A stretch of DNA of 64,000 nucleotides, taken from the NCBI GenBank assembly GCA_041602035.1, contig JBFIHA010000013.1, forward strand, positions 1,464-65,463, written 5' to 3'. A program made the position numbers and the translations under genes. The stretch's first letter is position 1. The number at the start of each line of letters is the position of its first letter. The DNA comes from Gemmatimonadales bacterium (GTDB lineage Bacteria; Gemmatimonadota; Gemmatimonadetes; Gemmatimonadales; GWC2-71-9). The notes under the pieces are model-generated. The model was not told the DNA's origin and made no database searches. It was given only the letters and a program-made list of their open reading frames with translations. Of this stretch, positions 1-9,478 are shown piece by piece.

Positions 1-224
1 TGACTCTATCTGACATCAGGACTCACTTCTTACTCTTTTCAATACAATCGTTTATATGTCGCAGCTCAAGTATTATATCATATCAGATCAGTCGAGGACA
101 TGAACGTACTTGTCAAGTGAATTTGCAAGTACTCGTCAGGCCCGTTCGGCTTGCGACGCCCTGAATCGTGCTAGTTTTCCACACGGACTTGTAATATTGG
201 TGTGTAGGACATAAATTAGACAAC
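1..224. other. Visibly AT-rich non-coding stretch at the window edge, unlike the high-GC remainder. It contains nested palindromes: GTACTTG 106-112 / CAAGTAC 126-132, and ACTTG-t-CAAGT 108-118.
   Basis: Direct reading of the sequence. No convincing ORF, tRNA shape or terminal inverted repeats. Confidence 0.5.
189..217 (+). promoter_or_regulatory. Sigma-70-like promoter candidate: TTGTAA, 17 nt spacer, TAAATT. The -10 element ends 7 nt before the ATG at 225, so the transcript may be leaderless.
   Basis: Hexamers and 17-nt spacer read directly. No Shine-Dalgarno sequence between the -10 element and the ATG. Confidence 0.3.
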
Positions 225-1736
225 ATGTCATTCAAAAGCAACCTCATACTTCTCACCGGGGCCTCTGGATACGTTGGCGGACGGCTCCTCCGAGCGGTGG
301 AGGGGCGCGGCGAGCGCGTCCGATGCCTGTCTCGCAAGCCCGAATTCCTCCGTTCCAAAGTGAAACCGACGACAGAGGTCGTCCAGGGCGACGTGAGCGA
401 TCCGAATTCGCTGCGCTCGGCACTCGACGGCGTGCACACAGCCTACTACCTCATCCACAGTATGGGCGCCTCCGGTGACTACGCAAAGCAGGACCGGCAG
501 GCCGCGCAGGACTTCGCGGCAGCGGCGCGCCACGAAGGTGTCAAGCGGATCATCTACCTGGGAGGGCTAGGGCAGCCACCAGGATTGTCCAAGCATCTCG
601 CCAGCCGCCAGGAAGTTGGCCGCATTCTGCGAGACTCGGGGGTCCCGACCGTCGAATTCCGCGCCTCGATTGTGATCGGTTCCGGCTCGCTGTCCTTCGA
701 GATGATCCGTGCCCTCGTCGAGAAGCTGCCGATCATGGTGACCCCGCGCTGGGTACGGGTCGTGGCCCAACCCATCGCCATCGAGGACGTCATCGACTAT
801 CTGGTAGCGGCCCTCGACATGAGCCCGACAGCCAGTCATCTGTACGAGATTGGCGGGGCCGACCAGGTGAGCTACGGCGACATCATGCGCGAGTACGCAG
901 CGCAGAGAGGCCTCCGTCGCCTCATGATTCCCGTCCCGCTCCTTACCCCCAAACTGTCGAGCCTGTGGCTCGGGCTCGTCACACCCATCTACGCCCGAGT
1001 TGGTCGCCAACTGGTCGACAGCCTCAGGAATCCCACGGTCGTGCACGACCCAAGTGCTCAGGAGGCCTTTGGGATCCAGCCGCGTGGGGTATCCGAGGCG
1101 ATCGCGCGGGCACTGCGAAACGAGGATCGAGACATTGCCACCACCCGCTGGTCCGATGCGTTGTCATCTGGAGGCGCGGCCAGGCAGTGGGGGGGAATCC
1201 GGTTCGGCTCCAGGATAGTCGATTCGCGGAGCGTAACCGTACCAGTTGATCCGAGCCACGCGTTTCGCGCGGTTCGCCGCATTGGCGGCGACGTGGGTTG
1301 GTATTGGGGAAACGGACTATGGCGGTTGCGTGGATTCCTCGATCTCCTGGTTGGCGGTGTAGGATCGCGTCGCGGCCGGCGCGATCCGGACTGGGTCGTG
1401 CCGGGAGACGCCATCGATTTCTGGCGCGTGGAGGCGGTGGAATCGGACCACCTGCTCAGGCTCTCGGCCGAGATGAGGATCCCGGGCCGAGCGTGGCTTC
1501 AGTTCGAAGTCCGAGAGACCGACGCGGGATCGACGATTCGCCAGACGGCGATCTTCGACCCGGTCGGCCTGCTTGGCCTGCTCTACTGGTACGTCTTGTA
1601 CCCACTGCATACACCCGTCTTTCGCGGTATGCTTCGAGGTCTCGCTCGCGCGGCGATCCGGGCTGCCCGTCAGCCCGCCGCGGGCGACGGTCCGCACCGT
1701 CGATCCCGGACGCCAGCGTCACCCATCGGCAGCTGA
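225..1736 (+). CDS. NAD(P)-binding SDR/NmrA-like protein with a C-terminal DUF2867-like domain
   Basis: 503-aa ORF. N-terminal Rossmann motif LLTGASGYVGGRL. Long C-terminal extension typical of the SDR+DUF2867 architecture. Confidence 0.8.
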   Translation: MSFKSNLILLTGASGYVGGRLLRAVEGRGERVRCLSRKPEFLRSKVKPTTEVVQGDVSDPNSLRSALDGVHTAYYLIHSMGASGDYAKQDRQAAQDFAAAARHEGVKRIIYLGGLGQPPGLSKHLASRQEVGRILRDSGVPTVEFRASIVIGSGSLSFEMIRALVEKLPIMVTPRWVRVVAQPIAIEDVIDYLVAALDMSPTASHLYEIGGADQVSYGDIMREYAAQRGLRRLMIPVPLLTPKLSSLWLGLVTPIYARVGRQLVDSLRNPTVVHDPSAQEAFGIQPRGVSEAIARALRNEDRDIATTRWSDALSSGGAARQWGGIRFGSRIVDSRSVTVPVDPSHAFRAVRRIGGDVGWYWGNGLWRLRGFLDLLVGGVGSRRGRRDPDWVVPGDAIDFWRVEAVESDHLLRLSAEMRIPGRAWLQFEVRETDAGSTIRQTAIFDPVGLLGLLYWYVLYPLHTPVFRGMLRGLARAAIRAARQPAAGDGPHRRSRTPASPIGS

Positions 1737-1773
1737 GCACACCGTGACACCGCACCCGCGTCCGACCTTGGTC

Positions 1774-2706
1774 ATGAGCAAGTGTCTCGAGCTCGAGGCC
1801 TGCCGCTACAATGGCCAGCTCATACGCGCGCCGTTCGTGCTCATGCTGATGCCCTTCGTGGAGCTCAAGCCGGTGTGTCCGGAGGTGGAGATCGGTCTCG
1901 GTATCCCCCGAGATCCCATTCGACTGGTCTCGCTCAAGGGAACGCTCCAACTCCTGCAGCCGACGTCGGGGCGCGACGTTACGCAAGACATGCACGAGTT
2001 CAGCGATCGCTATCTCGGATCACTCGGTGCCGTGGACGGCTTCATCCTCAAGAGCCGGTCGCCCTCGTGCGGCATCAAGGACACCAAGATCTACAGCGGC
2101 GAGGGAGGCACACAGCCATCGGATCGCGGACCCGGCTTGTTTGGAGGCGCGGTGCTGGAACGCTTTCCGTACGCGGCCATCGAGGACGAGGGGCGCCTCA
2201 CCAATTTCCGCCTCCGCCATCACTTCCTGACCAAGCTGTTCGCGCTGGCGGACCTGCGGGCCGTGCGAGCGTCGGGTGCCATGGCAGAGCTGGTGCGATT
2301 CCATACTGAGCAGAAGCTCACCCTCATGGCGTACCATCAGGGGCAGCTGCGGGTGCTCGGACGCATCGTGGCAAACGCAGACCGCAAGCCGTTCGCTGAC
2401 ACAATTGCGACCTATGAAGAGCACTTCGCCACAGCGACGGCGCGCCCGGCGCGCTCGACGTCGAATATCAACGTACTGATGCACGCCCTGGGGTATTTCT
2501 CCAAAGGGCTGGGCAGCAGCGAGAAGCGACACTTCTTGGATCTGCTCGAGGAATACCGCGTCGGGCGCACCACGCTGAGCGGTCCGCTTGCGCTCGTGCA
2601 GTCGTGGATCGCCCGGTTCGACCAAGGCTATCTCCGGCAGCAACGGTATCTGCAGCCCTATCCCGTCGAACTCATGACACTTCGGGATTCCGGCCGAGGG
2701 AACTAG
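1774..2706 (+). CDS. YbgA-family protein (DUF523 + DUF1722)
   Basis: Internal ATG at 1774 gives MSKCLELEACRYNG..., typical of DUF523. The C-terminal half (HFLTKLF...LMAYHQ...HALGYF) resembles DUF1722. The ORF part upstream of 1774 overlaps the previous gene. Confidence 0.75.
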   Translation: MSKCLELEACRYNGQLIRAPFVLMLMPFVELKPVCPEVEIGLGIPRDPIRLVSLKGTLQLLQPTSGRDVTQDMHEFSDRYLGSLGAVDGFILKSRSPSCGIKDTKIYSGEGGTQPSDRGPGLFGGAVLERFPYAAIEDEGRLTNFRLRHHFLTKLFALADLRAVRASGAMAELVRFHTEQKLTLMAYHQGQLRVLGRIVANADRKPFADTIATYEEHFATATARPARSTSNINVLMHALGYFSKGLGSSEKRHFLDLLEEYRVGRTTLSGPLALVQSWIARFDQGYLRQQRYLQPYPVELMTLRDSGRGN

Positions 2707-2716
2707 AACCCGTCGC

Positions 2717-5320
2717 CTACGCGAGCAGGGTCGCGGCGGGCTCCCGGTACACGAGCTCCCACGGCGATCGCTGAGCCAACCCCTCCAGCCACCTTCGCGC
2801 CTCGTCCGTGCGCCCGAGGCGGAGCAGGGCGACGGCGCGAAGATACCGCTCGAGTGCGAAACTGTAGACCGGGGAGGCAAGGGCGTACTCCCACCAGCCG
2901 GATGGCGACACTGCATCGAGCTGCGTGAGCACGTCGGTCCATTCACCCAACTCCACGGCCACCCGGGCCCGAATCGCCGCTGCCAGACTCCGAGCCATCC
3001 TCGGAGCGCGGTCGGGCACGGGAAGCGCCTCGCACCGGTCGGCATGTTCGCGGGCCCGGTCGTGGCGGCCCAACCGGGCGGCGAGATGTCCGAGCAAGTA
3101 TTGGCGAAGGTGGGGGCGAATCGGATCGTGGATGGCAAGCGCCAAGTTCGCACGCACCGGCGGTGCAAGTGGCGGCGTTCCCGTCGCCTCGATGTCGGAG
3201 ACGGCCGCCTCGAGCAGCGCTCGCTTGGCCTCGACGAATGGAAGGATGAGCAGCAGTCCCCGGTGCTCGAGTCCGATCAGCGGGTTGAGCTGCTCCGCTT
3301 CCCTCACCGATCCCCACGCGTGGTCGAGTTCCCTGCGGGCGACGGCCACGTACGCCACCATGAGGCGCGCTACGGCCCCGACGAGGCCGACGGGAGCCAC
3401 CTCGGCGATGCGGCGCGCGAGGATCTCGACGGTCGGAAGATCCGCCGCATAGAGCGCGACGTCTGAGAATGTCGTCGCGATCACCACTGGGGGCGCGACC
3501 GCCAGGCTCTTGATGACGCGCTCTTGCTCATCCGAGTCGGCCGTCGCGAAGGCCAGGAGGCCGCGCATCGGAAGGGCCTGGTCGCCAGTCGGGCTGAGGG
3601 CGAGGTGACGCGCCACATGGGAACGCAGTACCTCCCGGTGGCCCTCCATTGCCGCGATGCGAGCCAGGTGCGCGAGGGCGGCCGCGTGGGTGGGGTCCAG
3701 TGCTACAGCCTGCTCCAGCGGTCGCTTCGCCTCGAGCGCGGAACGCCCCCGGGGCGGATTCACATCGAATAATAGGGTCCCGAGGCGGAACCAAGCCTCC
3801 ACGTCGTCGGGACGGACGCTGAGGAGCCGGAGGTAGACCGCCTCCGCGTCGCTCGGGGCATCACCCAACCAAGCTGCTTGCGCCTCCACCAGCATCCGGG
3901 CATGTGGCGCGAGGCGCTCCCTCACCTCCAACGCCCGCACCGACGCCTCGCGGGCGCCGTCGGGTAATGCGCACGCGGCACGGGCGGCCGCCAGCCGGTA
4001 CTGGCCGAGGGCGAAACTCGGGTCCTCGTCGACGGCTCGTTCATAGTGCGTGACGGCGTCGAAGTATCGTCCGCCCCGGTAGGCGCGCTCACCACGTAGG
4101 TACGCCTTGAGCGCACTGAGCGATGCCGTCGTCGTCGCCGCCAGCCGCCCAATCTGCCCTCCGAGTGATGTGCTCCGGCGGGCCAGGAGTTGGCGCACCA
4201 ACTCGTCGACCGTCTCAAAGATGCCGGTCTCCTGATCCGCCTCGACCTCCGCGCGCGCGTGGCGGTCGCGAGCCGTCTCGTACAGGGTGGCGGCCACATG
4301 GAGCCGGCGCTTCGCCGCGACGATACTTCCCAACAAGTAGGCACCGGCGCCGAACTGCTCCGCGATGTCCTGAGCCTCCCTCGGATCCAGCTCCCCAAGC
4401 TCGCGAGCCTCCACAAAGCGCAGCAGCGCATGCGGGTCGACAGCTCTGATCTCGCCGGCGCCATCCAGCTTCGCGCTGAGGATGTCGACGATTCCCTCTC
4501 GGAGATACGACAGCTCGTTGCTTCCGCGAACACTGAACGGGAACACGGCGATGAGGTTGGGTTGCGGCGTCACAGGCTTGCTGGGAGCCGGCGCGGCTCG
4601 GCGCGGGCCATGCCGCGACCTAATCTCGTCGACCAGTTCGACGGTCGCCGCCGACGGCTCCAGCCCGAATTCCTCCCGGAGCCGTGTCGCCACGTCGTCG
4701 AACGCCTGAAGCGCGGCCGTCCGGTCTCCGGCCCGATCCAGTGCGGCGATCAGGAGGCGGGCAGCCGTCTCGTCGTCGGGGGCGAGCTGCACCGCCCGAC
4801 GGGCCCACGACACGGCCGCATCGGGATCGCTCGTCCCACCGCGCTCACTTAGGGATCGCGCGGTCGCTGCCGCCACCGATCGGAGGGCCGACCGCTCCTG
4901 ATCGAGCCAGCGCTCGAATTCGGGGGCCGAAGCCACGAAGAACCCCTCGAGCAGGTCTCCTCGGTACAGTGCCAAGGCAGCCGCAGGAGTCTTTCCGCTC
5001 GCGTCTCGGAACGCACCGACGTCACACCACAGCGCGTCGGCATCCACGCCCAATTCATCCCCTCGGCCCACGATCGCGCCTTCACCAAGGTGACGCCGGA
5101 GGAAGTGGAGCGACCGCCGCAGGGCGCCGCGCGCATGCGCGTCGTCCAGCTCGGGCCAAAACATGGCCAGCAGTGAGTCACGACGGTGGAAGCGGAGGGG
5201 AGCGGAGGCTGCGAGGTACGCCAGGAACGCCAGCCGTTTGGGCTGCCGCAGCACGTCGGTCAGCTCCCGGCCGTCGGCGGCACGAAGGTCGGCGGCGCCC
5301 AGCAGGCGAAGTCGTATCAT
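2717..5320 (-). CDS. SARP/BTAD-family transcriptional regulator with a central TolB-N-like module and C-terminal TPR repeats
   Basis: Start chosen at MIRLRLLGAADL (ATG at 5320). Winged-helix plus BTAD signature (LYRGDLLEGF...EFERWLDQER). IAVFPFSVRG module followed by TPR-like helices. Confidence 0.8.
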   Translation of the reverse strand: MIRLRLLGAADLRAADGRELTDVLRQPKRLAFLAYLAASAPLRFHRRDSLLAMFWPELDDAHARGALRRSLHFLRRHLGEGAIVGRGDELGVDADALWCDVGAFRDASGKTPAAALALYRGDLLEGFFVASAPEFERWLDQERSALRSVAAATARSLSERGGTSDPDAAVSWARRAVQLAPDDETAARLLIAALDRAGDRTAALQAFDDVATRLREEFGLEPSAATVELVDEIRSRHGPRRAAPAPSKPVTPQPNLIAVFPFSVRGSNELSYLREGIVDILSAKLDGAGEIRAVDPHALLRFVEARELGELDPREAQDIAEQFGAGAYLLGSIVAAKRRLHVAATLYETARDRHARAEVEADQETGIFETVDELVRQLLARRSTSLGGQIGRLAATTTASLSALKAYLRGERAYRGGRYFDAVTHYERAVDEDPSFALGQYRLAAARAACALPDGAREASVRALEVRERLAPHARMLVEAQAAWLGDAPSDAEAVYLRLLSVRPDDVEAWFRLGTLLFDVNPPRGRSALEAKRPLEQAVALDPTHAAALAHLARIAAMEGHREVLRSHVARHLALSPTGDQALPMRGLLAFATADSDEQERVIKSLAVAPPVVIATTFSDVALYAADLPTVEILARRIAEVAPVGLVGAVARLMVAYVAVARRELDHAWGSVREAEQLNPLIGLEHRGLLLILPFVEAKRALLEAAVSDIEATGTPPLAPPVRANLALAIHDPIRPHLRQYLLGHLAARLGRHDRAREHADRCEALPVPDRAPRMARSLAAAIRARVAVELGEWTDVLTQLDAVSPSGWWEYALASPVYSFALERYLRAVALLRLGRTDEARRWLEGLAQRSPWELVYREPAATLLA

Positions 5321-5460
5321 CGGAGCGGGAACGCTCGAGTCACGGCCGCGGCACGGGCCGGCAACGGGTGGACGACACTGTGGGAACGTAAGCAGGTCGA
5401 TTCCCCGGTCAATCCTGTTCCGCGATCGCGCGGCCGACCGTCGCAAGGGGAGAAGCCGAC

Positions 5461-6270
5461 ATGACGATGAACGCCATCGTACCGAGCACCGGCGCTCGTC
5501 GACGATGGAGCACGCTCGGGCTAGCGAGTGCGTTGGTGATCTCCTCCGCCGGAGTGATGGAGGCCGCCCGACCCGCTCGGGCGCAAGAGCCCGGGCCAGC
5601 CACTGAGATTCCGCAGGTTCGCTTACGGGTCTCACAGATGCCGAACCACCCGCGAGGCACCAGGCTTGCGGGCGGCCTGCTCAGCTTCCGTCACGACACC
5701 CTCGTGGTGTCCGTGCTCCGAGGCCCTCGGCCAATCCTGGGTGATACCGTCCCGATTGCCGCCTCGGCGGTGCGCAGCGTACAGGTCTACGGGCCCCTCC
5801 CGGCTCGCCGCTCCTGCGGCGGGACCGGGAGGTTAGCCGCCCAAATACTCGCGGGAGCTGGATTGGCGCTCGCCGCGGCTTATGTCGCGACCCTTCCCGC
5901 CGAGTCGTTCGACGGAGCCGTCCTGAGCGCGATTGGCGGCGCGGCCGTAGGTGGAGGGCTCGGCGTCTACATGGCCGGCATTGCCGGCGGGGAGACCTCG
6001 TCGCTGGTGTCGACGCTCGGGGGGGCAGCCGGCGGATCGGTGCTCTTCCTGACTGGCGCTCGCGGCGATCCCGACCGCTCCGCCCTCTTGTTCATCGGTC
6101 CGATGCTGGCGCTGCCAGTGGCGGGCGCCATGGCGGGCTATCACGTCACGTGTCGGCCGCGCACGCTCGGCTGGCTCGATGTGCCCCTCGATCGGCTCGA
6201 GTTGATCGTAGGCCCAACTCCCACTCGGCAGCCTGGCATCGGTATCCAGATTCGATCCAGGTTCGACTGA
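5461..6270 (+). CDS. Hypothetical exported/membrane protein with a Gly/Ala-rich (glycine-zipper-like) C-terminal half
   Basis: 269-aa ORF. AAGGGGAG RBS-like sequence before the ATG. Signal-like N-terminus. GGxxGGGLG repeats. Same architecture as the protein at 40672..41250. Confidence 0.55.
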   Translation: MTMNAIVPSTGARRRWSTLGLASALVISSAGVMEAARPARAQEPGPATEIPQVRLRVSQMPNHPRGTRLAGGLLSFRHDTLVVSVLRGPRPILGDTVPIAASAVRSVQVYGPLPARRSCGGTGRLAAQILAGAGLALAAAYVATLPAESFDGAVLSAIGGAAVGGGLGVYMAGIAGGETSSLVSTLGGAAGGSVLFLTGARGDPDRSALLFIGPMLALPVAGAMAGYHVTCRPRTLGWLDVPLDRLELIVGPTPTRQPGIGIQIRSRFD

Positions 6271-6362
6271 GGCCGGTCCACCGCATGGCGCCGTAACACC
6301 GCACCGCTTGCCCGCGCTCATCAGATACTTCCATCTTTCGGCGTCCGCTTCCCGCTGGGTCG

Positions 6363-9300
6363 ATGACGTCGAACGCCGACACATGCCCGAGATGTGCAAG
6401 CCCGCTCCCCCCGGAGGCGGGATACTGCCCCACGTGCGGCACCCCGACCCGGAGTGCCGACCGTGGTCCCACGCCGGCGGGCATGCCAAATCTCGGCAGC
6501 GACATGTTGGAGCGACTGCGCACCGCGCTCGCCGACCGGTATGTGATCGAACGCGAACTCGGCCGTGGCGGAATGGCCATGGTGTACCTGGCGCAGGACG
6601 TGCGACATCACCGCCGCGTGGCCGTCAAAGTCCTGTCGCCCGAGCTCGCTGTGTTGGTCGGGCCTGAGCGGTTTCTCCGCGAGATCGAAATCACGGCCGG
6701 CCTCCAGCATCCGAACATCGTCCCGGTGCACGACTCCGGGCGCGTCGGAGAGCTGCTGTTCTACGTGATGCCGTACATCGAGGGCGAGTCGCTGCGCGCG
6801 CGCCTCGACCGAGACGGTCGGTTGCTGCTCGATGACGTGCTGCAGATCGTGCGCGAAGTGGCGGGCGCACTGAGCTACGCGCACCAACGCGGCATCGTGC
6901 ATCGCGACATCAAGCCCGAGAACATCCTCCTGTCCGACGGCCATGCGCAGGTGGCGGACTTCGGCATCGCCCGGGCGATCAGTGCGGCGGATCGGGGAAG
7001 CCTCACGCGCAGTGGCGCCGTCATTGGCACCCCGGCCTATATGGCGCCCGAGCAGGCCGCCGGCGCCTCGACCATCGACGGTCGTGCTGACCTCTACGCC
7101 CTGGCGGCGGTCGCGCATGAAGCACTGACGGGAGAGCGCGACGAGCCGCTCGCGGCCACCGGGCGCGCCGATCGCCAACTCCTCGGCGCGAGGCCCGACC
7201 TGAAACCACGAGTGGCGCGCGCCCTCGCGGCCCCGCTCGCGCTCGAACGAGATCGGAGACCACCCACGGCCGACGCCTGGCTCACGATGCTCCGGGCAGC
7301 CGAGCGTCGGTCGCGGTCGCCCGTGCTGCTCAGCGCTGGCGCCGTGCTGGCGGTCGGACTTGCGCTGATCGTCGGCTGGTTCATCCCTGACCGCCACCCC
7401 GCGACCCCCACTCCCTCACCCACCATCGCCGTGCTCCCGTTTACGATGACCGGGCAGGCGAACCAACTCGACCTCGAGCGGGCCCTACCGGAGGCGTTCG
7501 AGTTCCAGTTGCAGTACGTTCCCGGCTACCGTGTGGTGAGTCCCGCGCGTGTCCGTCGGCTCATCGACCAGCGGTTTGGCGGCGTGCGCCCGGACCGCGA
7601 CTCCCTGGCGGTCACGGTGGCATCGGAGTTCTCCGCGTCGGAACTGCTCAGCGGTTCAGCCGAGGTCACTCCAGCGGGCCTCCTCAGTATCGATGTCGTA
7701 GTACTCGATCCGGCGACGCGAACCGTGGTCGGTGACGCACGCGTTCAGGGCATGGTCGGCGACTTCACCACGTTGGTCCACGACGCCGTGTTGGAGGCGT
7801 TTGCCACCCGTGCTGTCCAGCGGCAGCTCGGCTGGAGCCCGGCCCTTCCAGCCAGTCTCGACGCGGTCAACGCGTTCTTCCTTGGTGAGACCTACTTCCG
7901 GCGCGGCGCGTACGATGCCGCTGCGGAACAGTTCACTCGGGTCATCGAGCGGGATTCGACGTACGCCCCCGCCCACTTCAAGCGGATGCTGACCGAGGTG
8001 TTGCGGACCCCGCCTACCCGAGTCAGTAGCGCCGTGCGCGATGCGCTGGGCGCCGCGCAGCGCTACCGGGAGCGCCTCGACCCACCGACGCGTGAGCTTC
8101 TCGAGGGATACGAAGCCTTGGTGCTGAAGGGAGACCTGGAGGGCGCCATCGTTCGATTCACGCGGATCGTCGAGAGCAACCCGAGTGCGGTCGATGCCTG
8201 GTTCATTCTCGGATACCTCCAGCTGAATTTCGCCGGGCTCCTCGGGACCTCGCGGACCGCCGCGCGGGTGGCGTTCGAGCGGGTGCACGAGCTGGATCCG
8301 AATTTTGCGGCGGCCACCGCCCATCTCTTGCGCATTGCGGTCCTGCAGAATTCCGAGGTCGTTGCCCGGCGATACATCGACCAGTACCTCCGGATCGACA
8401 GCGCCTCTGCTACCGCCGAGTTGGTGCGCATGGTGGACTCCCTCCTCTACCGCGGTAACCGGTCAGCGCTGCGGGTGCTCGGGAGCTTCGAGTCCCGTAC
8501 CGCGGTCGCCCTCGAGATGATCGCCTTGGCCGCGGGCGAGTTCTCGCAGGGGTTCCTCGACCGAACCGCGGCAAATCGCGCAACCGACGTCTTGTGGACC
8601 CGGGCCGCGAGCCAGCCGGATCGCGTCATGGCGTTCCGGCTGCGCCTGGCGTCCGCCCTGGGCGCCGGCCGACACGGGACGGCCGACTCGTTGTTGCGGG
8701 TCGGCCGGCAGATGGACGTGCCCATCGTCGAACTGGATCGGTGGCTGTTGCTTTCCGCCGTGACCGGCGTCGCGGCCCTCGGCACCGAAGGCGAGCGGGA
8801 GGCGGCCGCCCGACGCCTGGCCGGCCCGGCCGACGCCGCGACGCTCTGGTTGGTCGCGCGCTGGCGGCGCCAGCGTGACGCGACCCAAGAACCGGTGGAG
8901 GAGCGAACCTTGCGACGACTCGCGGCTCAGGCGGGAGACACCATGCCACTGGCCCGGAGTCTCGCCCTCGACCTGGAGGCCCACGCGGCACTTCGTCGCG
9001 GCGACAGTGCGCGAGCGCTCACGGTGTGGAGGGACGCGACCCGACACTTCGCGATCGATCGCGTCACGTTCGATCTCGCAGCCTCGCTCTGGCCACTCAA
9101 TGTGGAGCGGGCCCGGGTCGCGGCGGCGCAAGGCGACCCGGACGACGTGATCGCCGCCACGAGGCTCTTCGTCACGATGACCGGGTTCGTGGATCAAGTC
9201 GCCTGGAGCGAGGTGTGGCCACTGCGGGCTCGAGCGCTCGCCGCGTCGGGCGATCGGCTCCGCGCCGTCGAGGCACTGGACCAACTCGCGTCGGTCCTGC

Positions 9301-9386
9301 GGGATGCCAACGGCCAGGGGCGCGTGGTGCTCGATTCCATCGCGAGCTGGCGTGCGGCGATTCGGGCGCCGCCGTCGGGCACCTGA
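6363..9386 (+). CDS. Ser/Thr protein kinase with N-terminal zinc ribbon, one TM segment, TolB-N-like module and TPR region
   Basis: CPRC...CPTC zinc ribbon. Hanks kinase motifs GRGGMAMVY, HRDIKPENILL, DFGIA, GTPAYMAPE. TM segment LLSAGAVLAVGLALIVGWFI. IAVLPFTMTG module. Confidence 0.9.
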   Translation: MTSNADTCPRCASPLPPEAGYCPTCGTPTRSADRGPTPAGMPNLGSDMLERLRTALADRYVIERELGRGGMAMVYLAQDVRHHRRVAVKVLSPELAVLVGPERFLREIEITAGLQHPNIVPVHDSGRVGELLFYVMPYIEGESLRARLDRDGRLLLDDVLQIVREVAGALSYAHQRGIVHRDIKPENILLSDGHAQVADFGIARAISAADRGSLTRSGAVIGTPAYMAPEQAAGASTIDGRADLYALAAVAHEALTGERDEPLAATGRADRQLLGARPDLKPRVARALAAPLALERDRRPPTADAWLTMLRAAERRSRSPVLLSAGAVLAVGLALIVGWFIPDRHPATPTPSPTIAVLPFTMTGQANQLDLERALPEAFEFQLQYVPGYRVVSPARVRRLIDQRFGGVRPDRDSLAVTVASEFSASELLSGSAEVTPAGLLSIDVVVLDPATRTVVGDARVQGMVGDFTTLVHDAVLEAFATRAVQRQLGWSPALPASLDAVNAFFLGETYFRRGAYDAAAEQFTRVIERDSTYAPAHFKRMLTEVLRTPPTRVSSAVRDALGAAQRYRERLDPPTRELLEGYEALVLKGDLEGAIVRFTRIVESNPSAVDAWFILGYLQLNFAGLLGTSRTAARVAFERVHELDPNFAAATAHLLRIAVLQNSEVVARRYIDQYLRIDSASATAELVRMVDSLLYRGNRSALRVLGSFESRTAVALEMIALAAGEFSQGFLDRTAANRATDVLWTRAASQPDRVMAFRLRLASALGAGRHGTADSLLRVGRQMDVPIVELDRWLLLSAVTGVAALGTEGEREAAARRLAGPADAATLWLVARWRRQRDATQEPVEERTLRRLAAQAGDTMPLARSLALDLEAHAALRRGDSARALTVWRDATRHFAIDRVTFDLAASLWPLNVERARVAAAQGDPDDVIAATRLFVTMTGFVDQVAWSEVWPLRARALAASGDRLRAVEALDQLASVLRDANGQGRVVLDSIASWRAAIRAPPSGT

Positions 9387-9431
9387 GCCATCCCGCAGGG
9401 CGTCGGCCGCACTCGGCGTCGTGGAAACACA

Positions 9432-9455
9432 GAGCGCCGCGGGGTCGCGGCGCTC
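9432..9455. terminator. Perfect 10-bp GC hairpin (GAGCGCCGCG-gggt-CGCGGCGCTC) between convergent genes. On the minus strand it is followed by TGTGTTTCC.
   Basis: Inverted repeat read directly. It lies between the stops at 9386 (+) and 9479 (-). Confidence 0.6.
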
Positions 9456-9478
9456 GAGTCTGCCTCAGCCGAACGCGG

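Noticed and set aside
1-224. AT-rich window edge as a remnant of an insertion sequence or prophage end
   Set aside because: There is no transposase or integrase, no terminal inverted repeats or tRNA target, and the segment is cut by the window edge. It is kept only as a compositional anomaly.
2020-3168. Long antisense or overlapping ORFs throughout the track, for example 2020..3168(-), 10889..12454(-), 22285..22992(-), 32039..33985(+), 46698..47570(-) and 17820..18683(-)
   Set aside because: Their translations are Arg/Pro/Gly/Ala-rich low-complexity strings with no motifs. They lie opposite or out of frame to genes with clear family signatures. These are typical shadow ORFs of high-GC DNA.
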